From Fimicolochytrium jonesii (Eukaryota): a DNA stretch of 64,000 nucleotides. The notes under the pieces were generated by a model that was not told the DNA's origin, did no database searches, and worked only from the letters and a program-made list of their open reading frames with translations. Shown here piece after piece: positions 60,897 to 64,000 of this stretch. Numbering within the stretch: the first letter of the stretch is position 1; every line of letters begins with the position of its first letter. A program made the position numbers and the translations under genes. The stretch spans positions 1,116,001-1,180,000 of the forward strand of contig NW_026515670.1 of the NCBI RefSeq assembly GCF_025526975.1, in the 5' to 3' direction.

Positions 60897-63800
60897 ATGC
60901 TGGGCAATAGCGATGTTCGTCATGGCCTTACCACTACTTTCCCGAACTTGACCGGAAAGAATCTGTCTCTCAATGCCTGCGCTGCCGGCAACAGCACGAC
61001 AGCTGTTCTCACCACCGAACAGGTGTTCGATTTGTCTCGACCTCAAACGGAAGCCGCTTGCGAGGCTGCTTACGGGAAGGAGTCGTTCACTGGCATGCTC
61101 AGACTTGCGTATGCGCGGTTGATTAGCAGCTTTGTTGGTGAACAGGAAGTTGGGTTTTATATCACCGAGAGCGATGGAGGACCTGAAGGCCATGCAGCTA
61201 TTCGTGTCCAGTTTGACGCAAGGTCGTCGAACGCTCAGATGAGTGGGCGGTTGCAGCATGGAGGCTGCGTTCCTGATCCGGCGGTCGTCACAGATTGCAT
61301 GCTTTCCATTGACCTGGACGGCCGGCAAGCGGAGTCAGCCTTGGATACAGAGATGCGGGATGGATGTCAGGTATGTCCAGCGATTTACACAGCCGGACGT
61401 TTGCCTAAATATGAGTGCTGAAATGGCTTCGTCCCATGTAGTTTCATCTCCACATCTGCGCCAGCGAATCGAACGACCTTATTACCTTTCGGCTCGCGTA
61501 TCGAGCGACCTTGTTCCCGGAAGCATTTGCTCGTGATATTCTTGCTCAGTACGAGCAGATTCTCTGCTGGTTGATCGCACATCCCCAAACATCCTGCCTG
61601 GCGCATGTCGATTACTCCCGCATTCCGACTCGGGGGTTATCCATTCTCAATCCGACGCCTGTTGAGCACACTTCCAAGAATGCCGTCCAAGTTTGGCCCA
61701 CACTGCTGCACCAATTGGTTGAGCGTCAAGCCGAGCTTCATCCAAAGCGGGTCGCTCTCGAGTTCCTGCACTCTCTGGAGGACAACAGCCGCACGTTGCT
61801 CACCTATGCAGAGCTTAATGATCGCTCCAACCAGCTAGCCCGGCACCTTGTGTCATATGGCGTCTCTTCGGATGACAAGATTCCCCTCTGCATGGACCGC
61901 TCTCCCAACATGTACATCGTTGTGTTGGCGATCTTGAAAGCAGGCTGCGCCTTTGTTCCGCTCGCCAGTGACTTGCCTATCGATCGCTTCGGCTACGTGG
62001 TTCGCGAGGTAGGCCCCAAGTTGATCATCATCGACGGGAGTGCTCCTCGCGCAGCGCTCCAAAAGAATGTCATCGGAAGCGTCCCAATCTTGGATATTGA
62101 ATCGAACTTCGTTGACGACATGCGTTCGGCGCTACCTTCCGGCAATCTAAAAGTGTCCGTGGCCGCCAACAATCTGGCCTACATTCTATTGACAAGCGGA
62201 TCGACTGGCGTTCCGAAATTAGTGCAAATCGAGCACAAAGCTGCTGTGGAATCCATCCTGTCGCACCATGCCATCGTTTCTCACGACGAAACATCAGTGA
62301 TGCTAGCCGTCAGCTCCTACACTTTCGACGTCAGCGTCTTCGATATGTTCTTCCCCCTGTCCACGGGGATTCGCTTGGTATCCTCCTCGAAAGAGTTACT
62401 TCTAAGCAATCTCGAGGAGGTCATCAACAGTAACGGTATTACGCTGATGGAAATGACCCCTACGGTGGCTGGGATGCTCAGCCGCCAAGCGGTTCCCGGC
62501 ATCAAGCTGCTTCTGACCATTGGGGAAATGCTCACTCGCAAGGTTGTGGATGAATGGGCACCAGGAGGATGTCTCCTGCCTCTCTACGGACCGACGGAGT
62601 GCACAATCCATTGCACCTACGCACCCAACTTCTTGCCCGACACGAAGCCCACCGATATTGGCGTGCCTATGGACACCTGTTCAATGTATGTCATGCCGCA
62701 GCAACTCGACGAGGCAAAACCAATTTGCCTCGACGCCTTGCCCATTGGTCATGTGGGCGAGCTCTACGTGGGGGGACACCAAATCGCGCGAGGTTATCTT
62801 AACCGCCCAGAGGCAAACGCGAAATCATATTTCAACGACCCGTACAGCGGTGGCGGACGGATCTATAGAACTGGCGACTTGGTCCGGATGCTACCAAAGG
62901 GCACGCTCGAGATCATTGGGCGTGTCAGTAACGACTCGCAAGTCAAGCTTCGCGGCCAGCGGATTGAATTGCTTGATATCAGCCATCAAGTTCAAAGCGC
63001 GCACGAAAGGATTGAAGACGTGCTAACTGTTGTCGTAGCCGATGAGGAAGGAGCTGGAGGAAAGCTTTTGGTGTCGTACCTCGTTTGCGGGGCAAAGCAT
63101 GGCATGCACACTCTCTTTGAGTATGAAGGACTCAAAGTCTTGCAATCGCCGGTAGTCGAGCAGCTGGTTCAGGAAACCGTCGCCGCGCGCCTTCCTCCAT
63201 ATATGAGACCGAACGCCACGCTTCTGGTCGAAAGTATCCCTAAATCCAGTTCTGGCAAGGCAGATGTCCGACGTTTGAAGGCCGTCTTCTCCGAATACCA
63301 AAAACGACAGATGCGGAAAACCCTCGCATCCGAGACCGAGGCATTGACTAATGCCCTCACATTCGACGATCCTATCGCTGTCATCGTCAGGGATCTTGTC
63401 TGCGAAATCAGCCATACTGCCCCGACATCAGTAAGCCCGGAAACCTCGATCTTCTTCCTTGGCATCGACTCTCTTGCCTCTTTCGCGCTCTGCCGTCGCC
63501 TGAGGGCTCAAGGACTGAGCATCTCTATGTCCCAAATATTGAAGAATCCCACGATTGGCGGCATCGCGGCCGGCGTTCAAAAGGTCGCTGCCGCTCACAC
63601 GACGGACCCGGCGGCCGACAGCTTCAGGCAGCTGTTTACCGAGCAATTGGCTGGCATCAATCGTATTGGGATTGCGGAGGCGTTGAAGACCGATGCTTCA
63701 TCGATTGAAGACACCTATCCAGTCACCCCAGTCCAAGAAGGGCTTTTGACAGAAGCGTTGGCTGACCCAACTGGAAGGGCATTTTACGATCTCATCGTCA

Positions 63801-64000
63801 TTCGCGCCACACAGCCTGAAGCTACGAATCAACTAAAGGAGGCATGGCACGATATTGTCTCCGCGCATCCCATCCTACGCACTGGTTTCGTAGAGGTACC
63901 GCGATCACTCGAGGCTCCGTGGAAGCTCCTGCAGCTTGTCTGGACGTCAGAACAATGCGCAGCTTCTTTCAGCGAAGTAGCCATCGACTCTGAGGATGCG
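60897..64000 (+). CDS. Non-ribosomal peptide synthetase, SidC/ferrichrome-synthetase-like (partial; C*-A-T-C..., runs off window)
   Basis: Exon 1 60897-61370, intron 61371-61441, then an open frame to the window end (absent from the ORF track): LSILNP, ALEFL, LTYAELN, LAYILLTSGSTGVPK, FDVS, YGPTE, GELYVGG, YRTGD, QVKLRGQRIE, SGKAD, PCP LGIDSL, C-domain start YPVTPVQEGLL. Confidence 0.93.

Overview
Gene-dense eukaryotic (fungal) DNA with short GT-AG introns of about 50-90 bp. A clear LKB1/STK11 orthologue, a 6TM Kv-type K+ channel, a TmcB-like membrane protein and a division-2 chitin synthase together suggest an early-diverging, probably chytrid, fungus (inference, not a database result). About 20 protein-coding genes can be supported. 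The most striking element is a hydroxamate (ferrichrome-type) siderophore biosynthesis locus at the right end (about 49-64 kb). It contains an L-ornithine N5-monooxygenase fused in frame to an N5-hydroxyornithine acyltransferase (IucB/AlcB-type GNAT), a second stand-alone paralogue of that acyltransferase, and a divergently transcribed SidC-like NRPS that runs off the window. Other notable items are an SRA-like/Cys-rich/AlkB-type dioxygenase, an RRM-RRM-SPOC-like protein, a perfect Tc1/mariner-type MITE, a truncated Tc1-like element, clustered TACAGTA/TACTGTA putative excision footprints and a 52-codon small ORF missed by the ORF track. Exon boundaries were read by eye and are approximate unless stated.
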